This document shows positions 36,166 through 46,924 of a stretch of 57,308 nucleotides of DNA, piece after piece. The notes beneath the pieces were generated by a model. It did not search any database. It had not been told where the DNA came from and saw only the letters and a program-made list of their open reading frames with translations. The first letter of the stretch is position 1, and each line of letters begins with the position of its first letter. This DNA is from a virus (taxonomy: Duplodnaviria; Heunggongvirae; Uroviricota; Caudoviricetes): positions 64,001 to 121,308 of IMG/VR virus record IMGVR_UViG_2886837984_000001; one strand, given 5' to 3'. Position numbers and translations under genes: made by a program.

Positions 36166-39100
36166 AGCGTTTTCCGTACTTGTTGTTAATGAGGTTCATC
36201 GTGCGCTTCATGAAGTCGTCCGATGCCTCTTTGCCGTCCTTGATCTCGTTGTTGCTGAAATCGTTGTTGATGTTCTCGATATGAACCGTCGGAGCGCTAG
36301 ACCCCTTGACGCTCTGCATCTTGTTGATGAGCGAACGGAGAGGTGAGATGAGGCGGTCGGTGAATTCTACCGTCTTCAACATGTTCTTCGTCTGCTCTTG
36401 GTTGAGCACGAGCTCCTTCTTGTGGAGGATCGCCGGCATACCGCCGTTGAACTCGCCCGTGTACATACCGCCCGAAGCGAACGACCCGACGAAGTTCTTG
36501 TTCACATACCCCGTCTTGTCTCCGTATTGCACCTCATACATGAGCCCACGGTCACGGAGGATTTTGATCGACGTCCCTTTCGGGATCGATGTCATGATTC
36601 CTTCTACCGAGATATACGGGTTCGCATAAAGTGCGGCGTTCGAGCTCGTCTTCGCGTTCTTGTCGATCGTCGTGCTTCCTTTTAATGATTCGTACAGGGC
36701 GTCGAACTCGCGCTTGGCTCGGATGATCTCCGACTGCATGTCCGATAGGGACTTGACGTACTCGTCGAGCGCCTTGTTTCGATCTTCGTTCGTCGATGCC
36801 GACTCGTAAGCCGAATAATACTTCTGAAGAGCCGACTGTTGTTTCGATTTAATCCGGTTCGTACTATCCGTCACCATGTCGTCATAGACACGTTTGCCGG
36901 AATCGTAAGAGATCGAGTCGACACGGGCGTTATGCGCTTTTGCCGTCACGCTGTACTGCTTCAACAACTCGTTGATCGGTGCGCTCGCCTGATTGAGCTC
37001 CGACGCTCTCGTATGGCTCATCGCCACACCCCATGAGTTCGATTGTTTCGATGTGGACAGTTCTGAATTACTTACCCAACCCGTCTGACCGTTAGAAAGC
37101 TTAACTTTAGAATGTGTACCCGTCTGCTCAAGAACCTCGTACCCTTTTCCGTCGACCAACGACCCGATCACTTTAGAACTGCCGTTCGCATCTGCTCTCA
37201 CCGATACCGGTTTGGCAGAACCCGTTTGAGCCGCATACATCGATAACCCTGTCACCGGTGCTTCTTGCGATAAGTCGTCTCCCGAGCTCGGATTCTTGTA
37301 ATCCGTATCGAAATCTTTCCCTGTCAATTGCGAAAGAAGGTCTAACGCCTCTTTCAGCTTGTCGATGTAGTTCGTCTGCAAGACCTGTCCGAGAGAGTCG
37401 AACGAACTTTGAGACGTATGCACGATATCGCCCAACGCTTTTGAAATTGTGTCTGCGAGCGCGATGGTCTCGTACTCTGTGTCGTCGTAGAGATACGACA
37501 AATCTTTGAGCACGTCCTGATACGTCTTACCGAGGTTGTCGTACATCGTTCTGAATCCTTTCGATGTATCGATCAACATCTCGTTCGCCATCCGTTTCAC
37601 TTCGTCGAAGTTCCCTTTCATGGCTTGTTCGCGGATTTCGTTCCACTTCCGCTCGTCGTTCAACACGTCGTCGTAATATTTATTCAGGTCTTCGAGCATC
37701 TTGTCGAACAATGCCGATTCCGCTTCTTCACGACGATCCATGTCTTCCTCGAACTTCTCGTAGTTCTCGTCCTCTACCTTCTGTTTGTCATCGAGGTTCT
37801 TCTCGTACAATTCACGTTCTTTATCGATGGCTTCCTTCTGTTTCTCGAAGTCTCGTTGATACAGGTATTCCTCGCGCTCCTCTTGGAGTGTCTGGAGCTC
37901 TTTCATCAACTCTTTGCGTTTCGCCTTTGCCTCGAACGAGTCGTCCATCGAGATGCGGTTGATCGAACTACGGATCTCTTGCTCACGCTCCGAATACTCG
38001 TCCATCTGTTTCTGATGGCTTCGCTCGTCGTTCTGTTCATCTAAACGTTTGATACGCTCGTCGAAGAAGTCGTTCATCTTCTCGCGCTCTTTGTCTAGCT
38101 CCTTCATCGTCTTCTCGTGGGCATTCTGTCGGACGTTGCGTTCACGCTGAATGGCCTTCTCGCGCTCCTGCTGAATCTTCTCGATCGACTTGATCTCCGC
38201 GTCGCGCTGCGCCTCCAAAGCTTCGCGGATTGTTTCAATCATGCTGTCAGAGAAACCTCCGAGCATGTCTTTTTGAGCGGAGTTAAGGCTGTTCACCGAA
38301 TCCTCGAGCGACAACAGCTCCTCGCTGTACCGCTTCACGAATTCAAGTTGTTGTTCGTACTCTTTTGAGGATGCCCCGTATTTCTTGCGAACCTCTGACA
38401 AGATGGCTCTCTCTGCCTCTAGTTGCCGCTTCTTGATGTCCCAAAGCTTGCGCTCCGTCTTTTCTTGCTCGACGGTCGTGACATATTTCTTGACGAGGTC
38501 GGTGTTCGACTCACCGTCCATGATCGCCAATTGACGTTGGAAGAAATCTTGATTTTTTTTAAGGTCACGCATTTGATTTTCGTACAGTTTATTACGAATC
38601 TCTGTACGCTCGCGCGCGATTTCCATCGCCGCCTGACGCTCTTCCTGAATCTCTTGTTTGAGAACCCATCTGAGGTCGTCGAGTCGTGCCGTGAACTCGG
38701 CTTGACGAGATAGCGATAACTGCTTGTAATAAGCGCCTTTTCGATCTTTTTCCATTTGAATGATCTCGAGCTCGACGGCACGACGTTGGAGTCTCGCGTT
38801 GTTTTGCAGTTTCTCGTAGAGAGCCAACGATTGACGGGTGTACTCGACCGTCGTCTCCATGTTCGCGCGGACAAGCTCCTCGTCTTTCCCGTATCTGTCG
38901 TACATCGACTTATACGTGTTCGCCCGAGCGTTGAGGTAGTCGAGGATAATCTGTTGTCTGCTGTCTTCGATCTTGTTGAGCTCTTCAATCTGACGGATTT
39001 CTTCGGCTTTCTGTTCAGCTAGATTCTGTGCTTTTTCTGCCTGCGCTTTTGTTTGGTCGGCAATCTTCTTCTCTTGGTCTACCTGAGTAGAAGAGACGGA

Positions 39101-42100
39101 TGCTGCCGAAGTTGAAGGAGATTTACCTTGCGAAACCTTCGTATACATCGATGTGACGCCGTTTTTCCAATGAGCATTTAGTCCAGTTGGGTCGTTCCCG
39201 GCTCCGTTTGGCGCATATTTCTTCTGGATCTCAGCAATAGATGTAAGACCTTTTGTGATGTAGTTTCGAGACAAATTGCTGATCATCGCAGAGATGCCTT
39301 CGTCTAGCGACTTGAACACCGTCTGCTTCGTCCAGTTCGAAGAAGGACTCATTAATCCGCCTGGGTTGTTGTAGTTTTTAACCCCGTTAGACGTCCCGTT
39401 TCCTGTCTCGAACATCGCTATCGCCATCGCAAGAGCAGGGTCTACCCCGTACTTTTCTCCATATTTATTGAAAAGATGCTCCTGACCCTTGAATGCGCCT
39501 TGACCGACGCCGCTCGAAACCTTATTAAACGACGACGAAGAAGTTGATGCTTTAGAAATCGATGAAGAGGCACTTGAAGAGTATCCATATGTATTTCGTT
39601 TGCTGTATACGGCTTGTCTTGCTGCTACAGTCGGGTTAAGAAGGTTTGTGTTCCATTTACCCATAGAAGAACGTTGTTCGTAGTGGACGTGAGGGCCGGT
39701 CGAGTTTCCTGTGTTACCAACCGTCCCGATGCGTTGGCCGACGCCGACTTTAGCGCCCTTTTTGGCTTCAATCTTATCGAGGTGTCCGTAGATATGGAAA
39801 ATTCCCGACGTGTCCTGGATGACGACGTTGTTTCCATACTCGGAAGGAATTCCTAGAGATTTGTTCGCTCCACCAGCATGAATGACCGTACCGTTGACGT
39901 TCGACTCTAAAGGAGTTCCGCGCTTGTTGGCAATATCAATCCCTTCGTGTTGCCACGTTTTTCCGTTGATCGTCCGCATAGAACCATATGAGGAACTAAT
40001 TTTTGCGCCAGACCAACCGCTCAACGAACGTGTCCCGGTTTTCTGAAATCCTCCTGTTGCAGAAGAGTTAGAACCATTGTATGCGACGTCGTAGCTGTTG
40101 GTTGTTCCGCCTCGAGCGACGATATTCCCGTTGGCGTCTGTGACGACTTCCTGTGTCGATGTTTGAACACCCGTACTCGCAATAACCTGTTTAGATTTGT
40201 TGGCATCTTGAAGCGCCTTAATGTAATCTGTGACAGATTTTTTCTGTTTATCCATTGCTTTGATCTCGGACTCGAGCGCCTTGATATAGGCTTTTGAACC
40301 GTTAGCATATTTGTTCTTGAACGCAGACTGCTTCTGGACGGCCAATGTCGCCTTGTCGATAGCTTCCGTATATTTATTCGTCAAGTAGGTAGAACGAGAG
40401 ATTGTATCCTGCTTGTTCTTCTCTGACTTAGATGAATCCTTGTTCGCTTCTTCAGCCGCTTTGTTCGCATTGTAAAGGTCTTGTGTCGAAGTTGTGACCG
40501 TAGCTACAATCTTACGAGCGTTTTCTTCGGACTTTTTCATTCCGTTAATGAACTCGTCTGTGCTAGATAAGTCTGCCGTAAGTCTTCCGATCATATCTCC
40601 GGCGTACATCTGTCTGCCGTAGTTCGGGTCATCCGGGTCGATCGAGTTCATTTTATTCTCAATATCAGCAATCTGCTTGGCTGTCTCTTGTTTTACTAGA
40701 ACTAAAGCCTTTTCTGCTTCTGCGATCGAGGTGATCCCTGCAATACGATCTGCCGTCAATTCTGCGGAGAACCTTGCAGTAAATTCATCCTGGAGACGTT
40801 GTGCAGTCGCCTGTTTCAGTTTTTCTTCGAACTGAAGTCGTTGCGTCTCACGAAGTTCCTCGATAAGACCTGTGTTGACCGTCACCATGCCGTTCGATAC
40901 ATCGAATGCGTCGATCAGCTCTGGATATTTGTCGATCAACCCCATCATTTCGCTCGCCGTGAATTGATGTCCTTCTGCACTCTTATGTAAAACGTCGTTA
41001 TAAGCGTCTACCGTACCGACAACATCTCTCAGCGCATCTTTCTGGTATCCCAACGCCTCTTCGAGCATTCCGATCCCTGTGGCTGCTGTTTCGGCAGACT
41101 CACCAAGATTTTCGTTGCCTTCGGTTAAGTCGGATACGCCGGCCAAAGCATCGTAGGCCGCGCTCTGCGTTTCCTCCATCTTCGCATTTTGCATGACGAT
41201 AGCCGCTGTCGCAGTATTGATCGCATGTCCCTCTTCAGAAGCTACCTGAATGATCTGTCTGCCAGAATTGGCGACATCGGTCTTCGCTTGCTCTAAGGCT
41301 TGATATTGCGCGAGGTAGCTTCCAGTTAAGCCTGAATCCGTTGCCACATTCGCAGCGCCCAATATTCTCTTCTGTTCGTTCTCAAGTTCGACGATTTTTT
41401 GAGCGTAGGTGTTGATGAATTTCGTGGCTTCTTCCATCTGTTTATTTCCGCTCGCGCTCTTAAACAACGTCTCATCAAAGCTAGGCATATCTGTAAGGAT
41501 ATTAGAAATGTCCAAGATATCCATCTTAACTTTTTCGATCTCAACCAACAGCTTGTCTACGTTGAATTCGCCGTTTTCGTCAACCGCGTTTTTCAACGCT
41601 TTGTCGACAATATCTTGATCGATGTTTGTGACGAGGGAGTCAACTAATTTCTGCTGTTCTCCAGCAAGATTTGCGTATTCATCCGAAGATTGGATAGACA
41701 GTGTGATCTGGTCTCGCGTAAGCTTGATCCGTTCCATCTGAGACTGTTTCAACAGACGTTCCGCCGCAAGTTCTCCTCGCTTGTCTCTCTCTCGAGCCTT
41801 GCCGACATCATCTGCTCCGGCCGAATAGATTGCGGAGTCGGTGATTGCGCCTTGCGCCATCTCCATGTCTCTCGCATATTCTTCATCCGTCATCTTCTTC
41901 TTGTTCAGATACTTCTCGTAGTCCTTGTTCGCTTTTTCAAGCTGTTCCGCATTATCAACCAAAGAGTCTTCGTTTTTATCTGACTTCTTCATCGCTTCGA
42001 GCTGTTGCATCTCTTTGAGCGATTTGATGTACTCTTGGGCAGAAACGGATGTCGATAGGTGCGTCCGTCCAAGTTCGTCGACGTGTGTCACGAGCTCGGG

Positions 42101-43159
42101 CAGATAGCCTCCTAGAGATTTGGCCGTCGAATACATAAGTTCGGTCTCTTCCGCCGAACGGTTCGTGTTGGCCTGAAGATTCTCGTAACGTTCTGCAAGC
42201 ATGTCGATCGTGTCAGAATTATCGCTATATGCTTTAACAAGCTCTTTTTGTTCTTGTTTTGCTTTCGCGACTTCCGCACGTTGTTTTGTGAACGCAGAAA
42301 TGAGAGCTCCGATTGCTACGGTAGCCGCTGCGATTCCTGCCCCGATGACAAGAGATGTTCCGATTGCCGCCATCGTCGTCACCATGAATCCTTTAACGGC
42401 CGTTCCTGCAATACGGAATCCTCCGGCTGTGGCGTGAGCCGCACCTTTGACTTTATCCAAAGACGTCGCGACGTTACCATTTATCGGGACGACCTTTTGA
42501 TTTTCGTTCCGACTTTTCACAACAGCAGCGGTGGCATCCTGGTAAGAAGATGTCACACCTTGCAATTTCTCTCTGAAAGCGGCCAAAGGCTTCTCGTCGA
42601 ATACGGCATTACGGACTCCACCGTTCATGAGCGTCGTAAGACCACCCGTGACCCCTGCGAGCATCGTGAAACCTGCGAGCAAGTTTCCTTTAGAGAAGTC
42701 CAGCGAGATCAATGCGTTGATGCTGTTGACCATGTAACGAAGGTCGTTCGTGACGGTCGTGATCATATCGACGAACACGGTGTTTCCTGCCGACAATGCG
42801 AGTTCTTCCCACGCCACCTTGAGCTTGTTGACCTTGGCTTGCGCCGACTCGAGATAACGGGCGTTCTCTTGCATGGCCGACCCTTGCGAGTTGATAGACG
42901 TGTTCGTCGCTTTGACGGCGACGTCGTAGTTTTGCATGAGACCAAGAAATCTCGAGATTTGGAAGCGGCCTGCCAATTGAACAGCAAGGTTTTGTTGTTG
43001 TGCATTCGTGAGATTGTTCCACTTGCCAGAAAGATCTTCTAAGATTCTTGCGTAAGCCCGTGTTGTTCCGTCTTCTTCAAATACTTCGATTCCGACGTCT
43101 TTTAAAGAACTTACTGATCCACTCATTGTTACACGAGAGAAAATTGTCTTGAGCGAGTT
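36164..43159 (-). CDS. Tape measure protein, exon 3 (contains M23 peptidase, glucosaminidase/lysozyme-like domain, two SH3b-like domains)
   Basis: Starts NSLKTIFSR. HEGIDIAN...YGHL...STGPHVHYE. YGVDPALAMAIAMFETG...NNPGGL. SH3b-like GQTGWV and KTGYV segments. Confidence 0.9.
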   Translation of the reverse strand, partial: NSLKTIFSRVTMSGSVSSLKDVGIEVFEEDGTTRAYARILEDLSGKWNNLTNAQQQNLAVQLAGRFQISRFLGLMQNYDVAVKATNTSINSQGSAMQENARYLESAQAKVNKLKVAWEELALSAGNTVFVDMITTVTNDLRYMVNSINALISLDFSKGNLLAGFTMLAGVTGGLTTLMNGGVRNAVFDEKPLAAFREKLQGVTSSYQDATAAVVKSRNENQKVVPINGNVATSLDKVKGAAHATAGGFRIAGTAVKGFMVTTMAAIGTSLVIGAGIAAATVAIGALISAFTKQRAEVAKAKQEQKELVKAYSDNSDTIDMLAERYENLQANTNRSAEETELMYSTAKSLGGYLPELVTHVDELGRTHLSTSVSAQEYIKSLKEMQQLEAMKKSDKNEDSLVDNAEQLEKANKDYEKYLNKKKMTDEEYARDMEMAQGAITDSAIYSAGADDVGKARERDKRGELAAERLLKQSQMERIKLTRDQITLSIQSSDEYANLAGEQQKLVDSLVTNIDQDIVDKALKNAVDENGEFNVDKLLVEIEKVKMDILDISNILTDMPSFDETLFKSASGNKQMEEATKFINTYAQKIVELENEQKRILGAANVATDSGLTGSYLAQYQALEQAKTDVANSGRQIIQVASEEGHAINTATAAIVMQNAKMEETQSAAYDALAGVSDLTEGNENLGESAETAATGIGMLEEALGYQKDALRDVVGTVDAYNDVLHKSAEGHQFTASEMMGLIDKYPELIDAFDVSNGMVTVNTGLIEELRETQRLQFEEKLKQATAQRLQDEFTARFSAELTADRIAGITSIAEAEKALVLVKQETAKQIADIENKMNSIDPDDPNYGRQMYAGDMIGRLTADLSSTDEFINGMKKSEENARKIVATVTTSTQDLYNANKAAEEANKDSSKSEKNKQDTISRSTYLTNKYTEAIDKATLAVQKQSAFKNKYANGSKAYIKALESEIKAMDKQKKSVTDYIKALQDANKSKQVIASTGVQTSTQEVVTDANGNIVARGGTTNSYDVAYNGSNSSATGGFQKTGTRSLSGWSGAKISSSYGSMRTINGKTWQHEGIDIANKRGTPLESNVNGTVIHAGGANKSLGIPSEYGNNVVIQDTSGIFHIYGHLDKIEAKKGAKVGVGQRIGTVGNTGNSTGPHVHYEQRSSMGKWNTNLLNPTVAARQAVYSKRNTYGYSSSASSSISKASTSSSSFNKVSSGVGQGAFKGQEHLFNKYGEKYGVDPALAMAIAMFETGNGTSNGVKNYNNPGGLMSPSSNWTKQTVFKSLDEGISAMISNLSRNYITKGLTSIAEIQKKYAPNGAGNDPTGLNAHWKNGVTSMYTKVSQGKSPSTSAASVSSTQVDQEKKIADQTKAQAEKAQNLAEQKAEEIRQIEELNKIEDSRQQIILDYLNARANTYKSMYDRYGKDEELVRANMETTVEYTRQSLALYEKLQNNARLQRRAVELEIIQMEKDRKGAYYKQLSLSRQAEFTARLDDLRWVLKQEIQEERQAAMEIARERTEIRNKLYENQMRDLKKNQDFFQRQLAIMDGESNTDLVKKYVTTVEQEKTERKLWDIKKRQLEAERAILSEVRKKYGASSKEYEQQLEFVKRYSEELLSLEDSVNSLNSAQKDMLGGFSDSMIETIREALEAQRDAEIKSIEKIQQEREKAIQRERNVRQNAHEKTMKELDKEREKMNDFFDERIKRLDEQNDERSHQKQMDEYSEREQEIRSSINRISMDDSFEAKAKRKELMKELQTLQEEREEYLYQRDFEKQKEAIDKERELYEKNLDDKQKVEDENYEKFEEDMDRREEAESALFDKMLEDLNKYYDDVLNDERKWNEIREQAMKGNFDEVKRMANEMLIDTSKGFRTMYDNLGKTYQDVLKDLSYLYDDTEYETIALADTISKALGDIVHTSQSSFDSLGQVLQTNYIDKLKEALDLLSQLTGKDFDTDYKNPSSGDDLSQEAPVTGLSMYAAQTGSAKPVSVRADANGSSKVIGSLVDGKGYEVLEQTGTHSKVKLSNGQTGWVSNSELSTSKQSNSWGVAMSHTRASELNQASAPINELLKQYSVTAKAHNARVDSISYDSGKRVYDDMVTDSTNRIKSKQQSALQKYYSAYESASTNEDRNKALDEYVKSLSDMQSEIIRAKREFDALYESLKGSTTIDKNAKTSSNAALYANPYISVEGIMTSIPKGTSIKILRDRGLMYEVQYGDKTGYVNKNFVGSFASGGMYTGEFNGGMPAILHKKELVLNQEQTKNMLKTVEFTDRLISPLRSLINKMQSVKGSSAPTVHIENINNDFSNNEIKDGKEASDDFMKRTMNLINNKYGKR

Positions 43160-43438
43160 CATGTCTGTTACTTTCTTTTGTCCTAATATTCTAATGTTAG
43201 AATATATAAGTTCTAATGTTAGAACAAAATACTGACCAACATATACCTGAAACCCGTTGGCGGAGAGGCGCTTCAACCTCTCTCTTGCAGTCTCCTGCAA
43301 AGTTCAGACTATCGCTTCACATACACATGGGTATGTGTCTTTTCGTTTAGTCGTTCACGCTGCCATTACGCTTGCGCCCTGTTGTCCCATATGAGGGAGT
43401 TCCAAGTCGATTAGAAAAGATTTTACATCGGCAACTCT
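43160..43438 (-). mobile_element. Group I intron TMP-I2 (279 nt, no ORF)
   Basis: Minus strand ATCGGT|agagttGCCGAT (6-bp P1 with U-G). TCTTTTC/GAAAAGA P3. GTGAACGACTA / GATAGTC P7. Ends ...acatG|AAC. Splicing restores ANIG|NSLKTIFSR. Confidence 0.9.
43188..43225. repeat. Palindrome array 4 (2 copies) inside intron TMP-I2
   Basis: ATTCTAATGTTAGAAT (43188) and GTTCTAATGTTAGAAC (43210), 22-bp phase. Confidence 0.9.
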
Positions 43439-43592
43439 ACCGATATTCGCTCCTGAATCTCGTGTTACTTCCTGTACTGCCGTGATATAGCCAAGTAGTT
43501 CGTCCATCGATACGCCGTAAGTGTTTGCGGCGGCCGCAGATCGACCCATCGCGATTGCCAGGTCTTTTGTAGTTGTAGCATACGAATTATCT
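43439..43592 (-). CDS. Tape measure protein, exon 2 (154 nt)
   Basis: (V)DNSYATTTKDLAIAMGRSAAAANTYGVSMDELLGYITAVQEVTRDSGANIG: TMP core motif. Confidence 0.9.
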
Positions 43593-43872
43593 CATGGAAA
43601 TTATTGTAAAATAACTAATAATTTCTAACTGTTACTTTCACCTTTCGGCTACTGACCCTTTTGGGCGGATATACATTTCTGCATACCTCTCATGCTTATT
43701 CTGAATCGCATGAGGTCGGACTGTACCTTTATCCGTTCTGGATAGGTGATGGCAGTCTCTAGCGGTCTCCTGTTTAGGATTTCCGTCGGTATTGCCCTTT
43801 GAATCAGATAGGGGTTTCACCGATATACACCATTTCGTCAATCACATTCCTGTGAAGGGAGGCAGACATTTT
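43593..43872 (-). mobile_element. Group I intron TMP-I1 (280 nt, no ORF)
   Basis: Minus strand GAGGT|aaaatgtctGCCTC (P1). TATATCGGTGAA, AATACCGACGG, CTAGAGACTG / ACAGTCC. Ends ...tccatG|A GAT. Splicing restores LNEV-DNSY. Confidence 0.9.
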
Positions 43873-46376
43873 ACCTCGTTCAACTTATCGATGATCATCA
43901 TCGATTTTTCCGCTTCTACGTTAAAGACCGACATTCCGGTGATCAACGTCTCAGACATCTCTTGTGCCGACAAATCGGATACGTTCGATGCGATGACAGA
44001 TGTCTTCGTCAATGCGTTCAACTGTTCTTCCGAATAGTTGCCCGACTTCGCGAAGTTCTCCATCGCATAGTTGATATCTGTGACCGTCTTCCCGAGTTCT
44101 TTCGCCATCTCGATGTTTCCGGCCAAGACCTCGTCAAAGTTCGTGTCGGCGTCCATGACACGTTTCAAGTTCGTCATCTGCGTGTCTACCTGCATGATGA
44201 TGTTGTACATGCTGGTCAGACCTTGGATCGGCGCATAGAACGCGCTCGAGGCGAGCATCCATACCGGGAACTTCTCGAATGCGGTACGCATCGAATAACC
44301 GACCGTGTCGGTCGCCCCGCGCAACTCTTTCATGTTGTTCCGTAGGCGGACGGTACGCGCCTGAATCTCGTCCATTTGCGTCGTCCAGTTTTTGTATGTC
44401 GTGTTACCTTTGTCGTCTGTAATCGACTGGATGAGCGAAGCGCCCTTATCTCCTCGTCTGACCGCCGAAAGACGATCTTCCGCTTCTTTGGCCAACGCTT
44501 GGATTTGTTTATATTCTTCCTTGTACCGACCTCTCATGCCTCGACTATACGATTGACGAACCTCTGCCAACAACGATTCACGTTGGGCGAACATCGAAGA
44601 TGCGCTTGCGATGTCTTCTTTTTGTCCGACACCACCGCGATAACGCTCCGACATCTCACGCTTGAGTTGACTATATTTTTTACGGATTTCGTCGATCTCT
44701 TTGATCGTTTTCGCAGAATTGATATTAACCGAGAAATCGTCAAGACGTTTAACGTCAGCTCCGAGAAGCTTATATTTGGATCTAATATCGTCAAGACCGT
44801 CAATCATCCCTCGTTTCTTGCCAAGGAATTCTTTATCGACCCCCGTCTGACCACGAAGCATCTCCCCATACTCTTTCTTGAACTCGGCCATCCGCTTGGA
44901 CGTCGGGTCGTTCTTGAGCATTTCGAGTGATTGCTGCATCGCTGAGACTTGTCTCTCTGTATATTCTACGCCTTCCTTATCGGCCATACGTCCGTCTTTT
45001 TTCATATCGTTGATACGCTTCTGATAACGAGCCGCATCGTTCATTACACGGACTTCAGCCGCGAGGTCATTAATACCCACCCCGATGACCGCATTATTTT
45101 CTGGTGTCAGCGTCTTACGGATACGTTCCCGCATCGATTTGATCCGTTTCTCGTCGACCAGTCCGTTGTTCTCGACCCAATCCATACGGGACAGCATGGC
45201 CGGAACCTGGTTGAACGCAGCCTTCATGCGTCGAATCTCGGCGTTGACCAACTTCTTCTCATCGACCGTGTTGACACCCGAGATCTTCTTATCGAACTCT
45301 GCGAAGATCTTCTGTTTCGACTTTCCGAGTTTGACACCGGCGTCTTCTAGTCCTGCCGTGATGGTCATCAACTGAGACAGTTCGTTCTGAAGTCCCTTGC
45401 GAAGCGTCTTGTGTTCGAACACTTCGCCAAGATTTTTGGTTTTTTCTTCCATGACATCCATCGTCGAAGCAAATTCTTTTAATGATTTTGTGTCGTAGAG
45501 GTCTGCACCTTGGAGCGTCTTCTCGAACTTCTTCATATCCTTCTCGAGATCCGTCCGGTCGCCGTTGTTGTTGAAGCGGTTCTGTTTGAAGCCGTCGATC
45601 TGTTTCTGAACCTCTTTTTGACGCTTCAGAAGCTTCTCTTGCTCGGCTTCGATACGTTTGTAGTCGCGGACGACCTGTTCATTCGTCTGCATGAGCATCT
45701 GGGCGATATCGCCTGTCGTCTCGTCGACGACACCGCGCATCTCATAAAACGTCTTCTTGAGAGATCCGACCGAATCTGTATATTCGACCGCAAAGCCCTT
45801 CAGTTCGCCTTGAGATTTTTTGGCCGTACTTTTCTTAACACGATTCCCCATCGCCTCGATGTCACGCTCGACGTCTGCGATATCCTTGTACATCTTCTTA
45901 ATATCTTTATTGAGGTCGTCTGTCAGCGTCTTGACGCCCTTGGCATCCGATTGGTTCTGCGCGAGAGCCGGATTCGTTTTAGCCGCTTCAGCAGATGATA
46001 CCGATTGAAGGTTCGTCTTGATCTTGATCGGTTCGGAGAAGATGTTCTGAATCTTCTTCTTCGAATCTCTCGCCATCTGTTCGATCTCTTTGAGCGTCGA
46101 CTGCATCGCGTCACGATGTTCCTTACGAGCTCCACGGAGGGCAGATGTATAGGTACTGATGATCTTCCTCGTGTTCTTCTCGATCGCTCCCTCGATATCT
46201 TCGGTCATCGATTTCATCATCTTGTCGAAGTTGGCCGTGTCGACCTGTAAAGAGACGTTAAAATTCTTGGTCAACTTTTGTAGGTCGGACAGAGCGGTCT
46301 CCATATTCGTTTTCGATACGGCACGATCGACATCGAAAGCCATGACTAAAGAGTAATTTTGAGCATTATTAGCCAT
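43873..46376 (-). CDS. Tape measure protein, exon 1 (spliced gene 9654 nt, about 3217 aa)
   Basis: Long helical ORF ending in the TP901-type TMP core (VDTQMTNLKRV...NVSDLS....IIDKLNEV). Confidence 0.88.
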
Positions 46377-46474
46377 TAAAATTCCCCTTTTATTCTTATA
46401 TTTTTGTCGTTATTCGTTCTTCTTCTCGATGCTACTGCCGACATCTTGATACCGGTCAGCAGCAGTTTCCAAAA

Positions 46475-46915
46475 TTAGAGTGCCTTTTCGATTCGTTCAT
46501 AGACGAGCTGTTCGATGATTGCTTCGTTTCCGCTCAATTCAATCTCCGACTCATCCATTGCAACGAGCAATGTTTGGAGTTCTTCCTGATACTTCTTCCC
46601 GTCGAGAACAAAAGTCTCTTCGGACAGGTCTAGCTTCTCTTTCGCGAACTGTTGGATGTCCTCGATGTCATATGCGTCGAACATCTCGCCGTCCCGCTCC
46701 TTCTTGATGATGACGGGGTTTCCGTCCTCGTCTTTTAGGGCGAACTCTTCGGCAAGATCGCTCATATCCTTCTGGAACGCATCCATCGCGGACTCGAGCT
46801 CTTTGATGATCCGCATACGGTGACGGTTCTGTTTGCCTTTCAGCTTCAGACCCAACAGGAACCCGTGGAATCCTTCCAACTCAAACTTTTTCATTTGAAG
46901 TTCGTTCATCTTCAT
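46475..46915 (-). CDS. DUF1617-like phage protein
   Basis: LKLKGKQNRHRMR....KDEDGNPV pattern. Confidence 0.6.
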   Translation of the reverse strand: MKMNELQMKKFELEGFHGFLLGLKLKGKQNRHRMRIIKELESAMDAFQKDMSDLAEEFALKDEDGNPVIIKKERDGEMFDAYDIEDIQQFAKEKLDLSEETFVLDGKKYQEELQTLLVAMDESEIELSGNEAIIEQLVYERIEKAL

Positions 46916-46924
46916 CTTCCTCTC

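Noticed and set aside
43160-43300. First 47 residues of the 2378-aa ORF as real TMP sequence
   Set aside because: They are intron sequence that happens to be open. TMP homology resumes at NSLKTIFSR.
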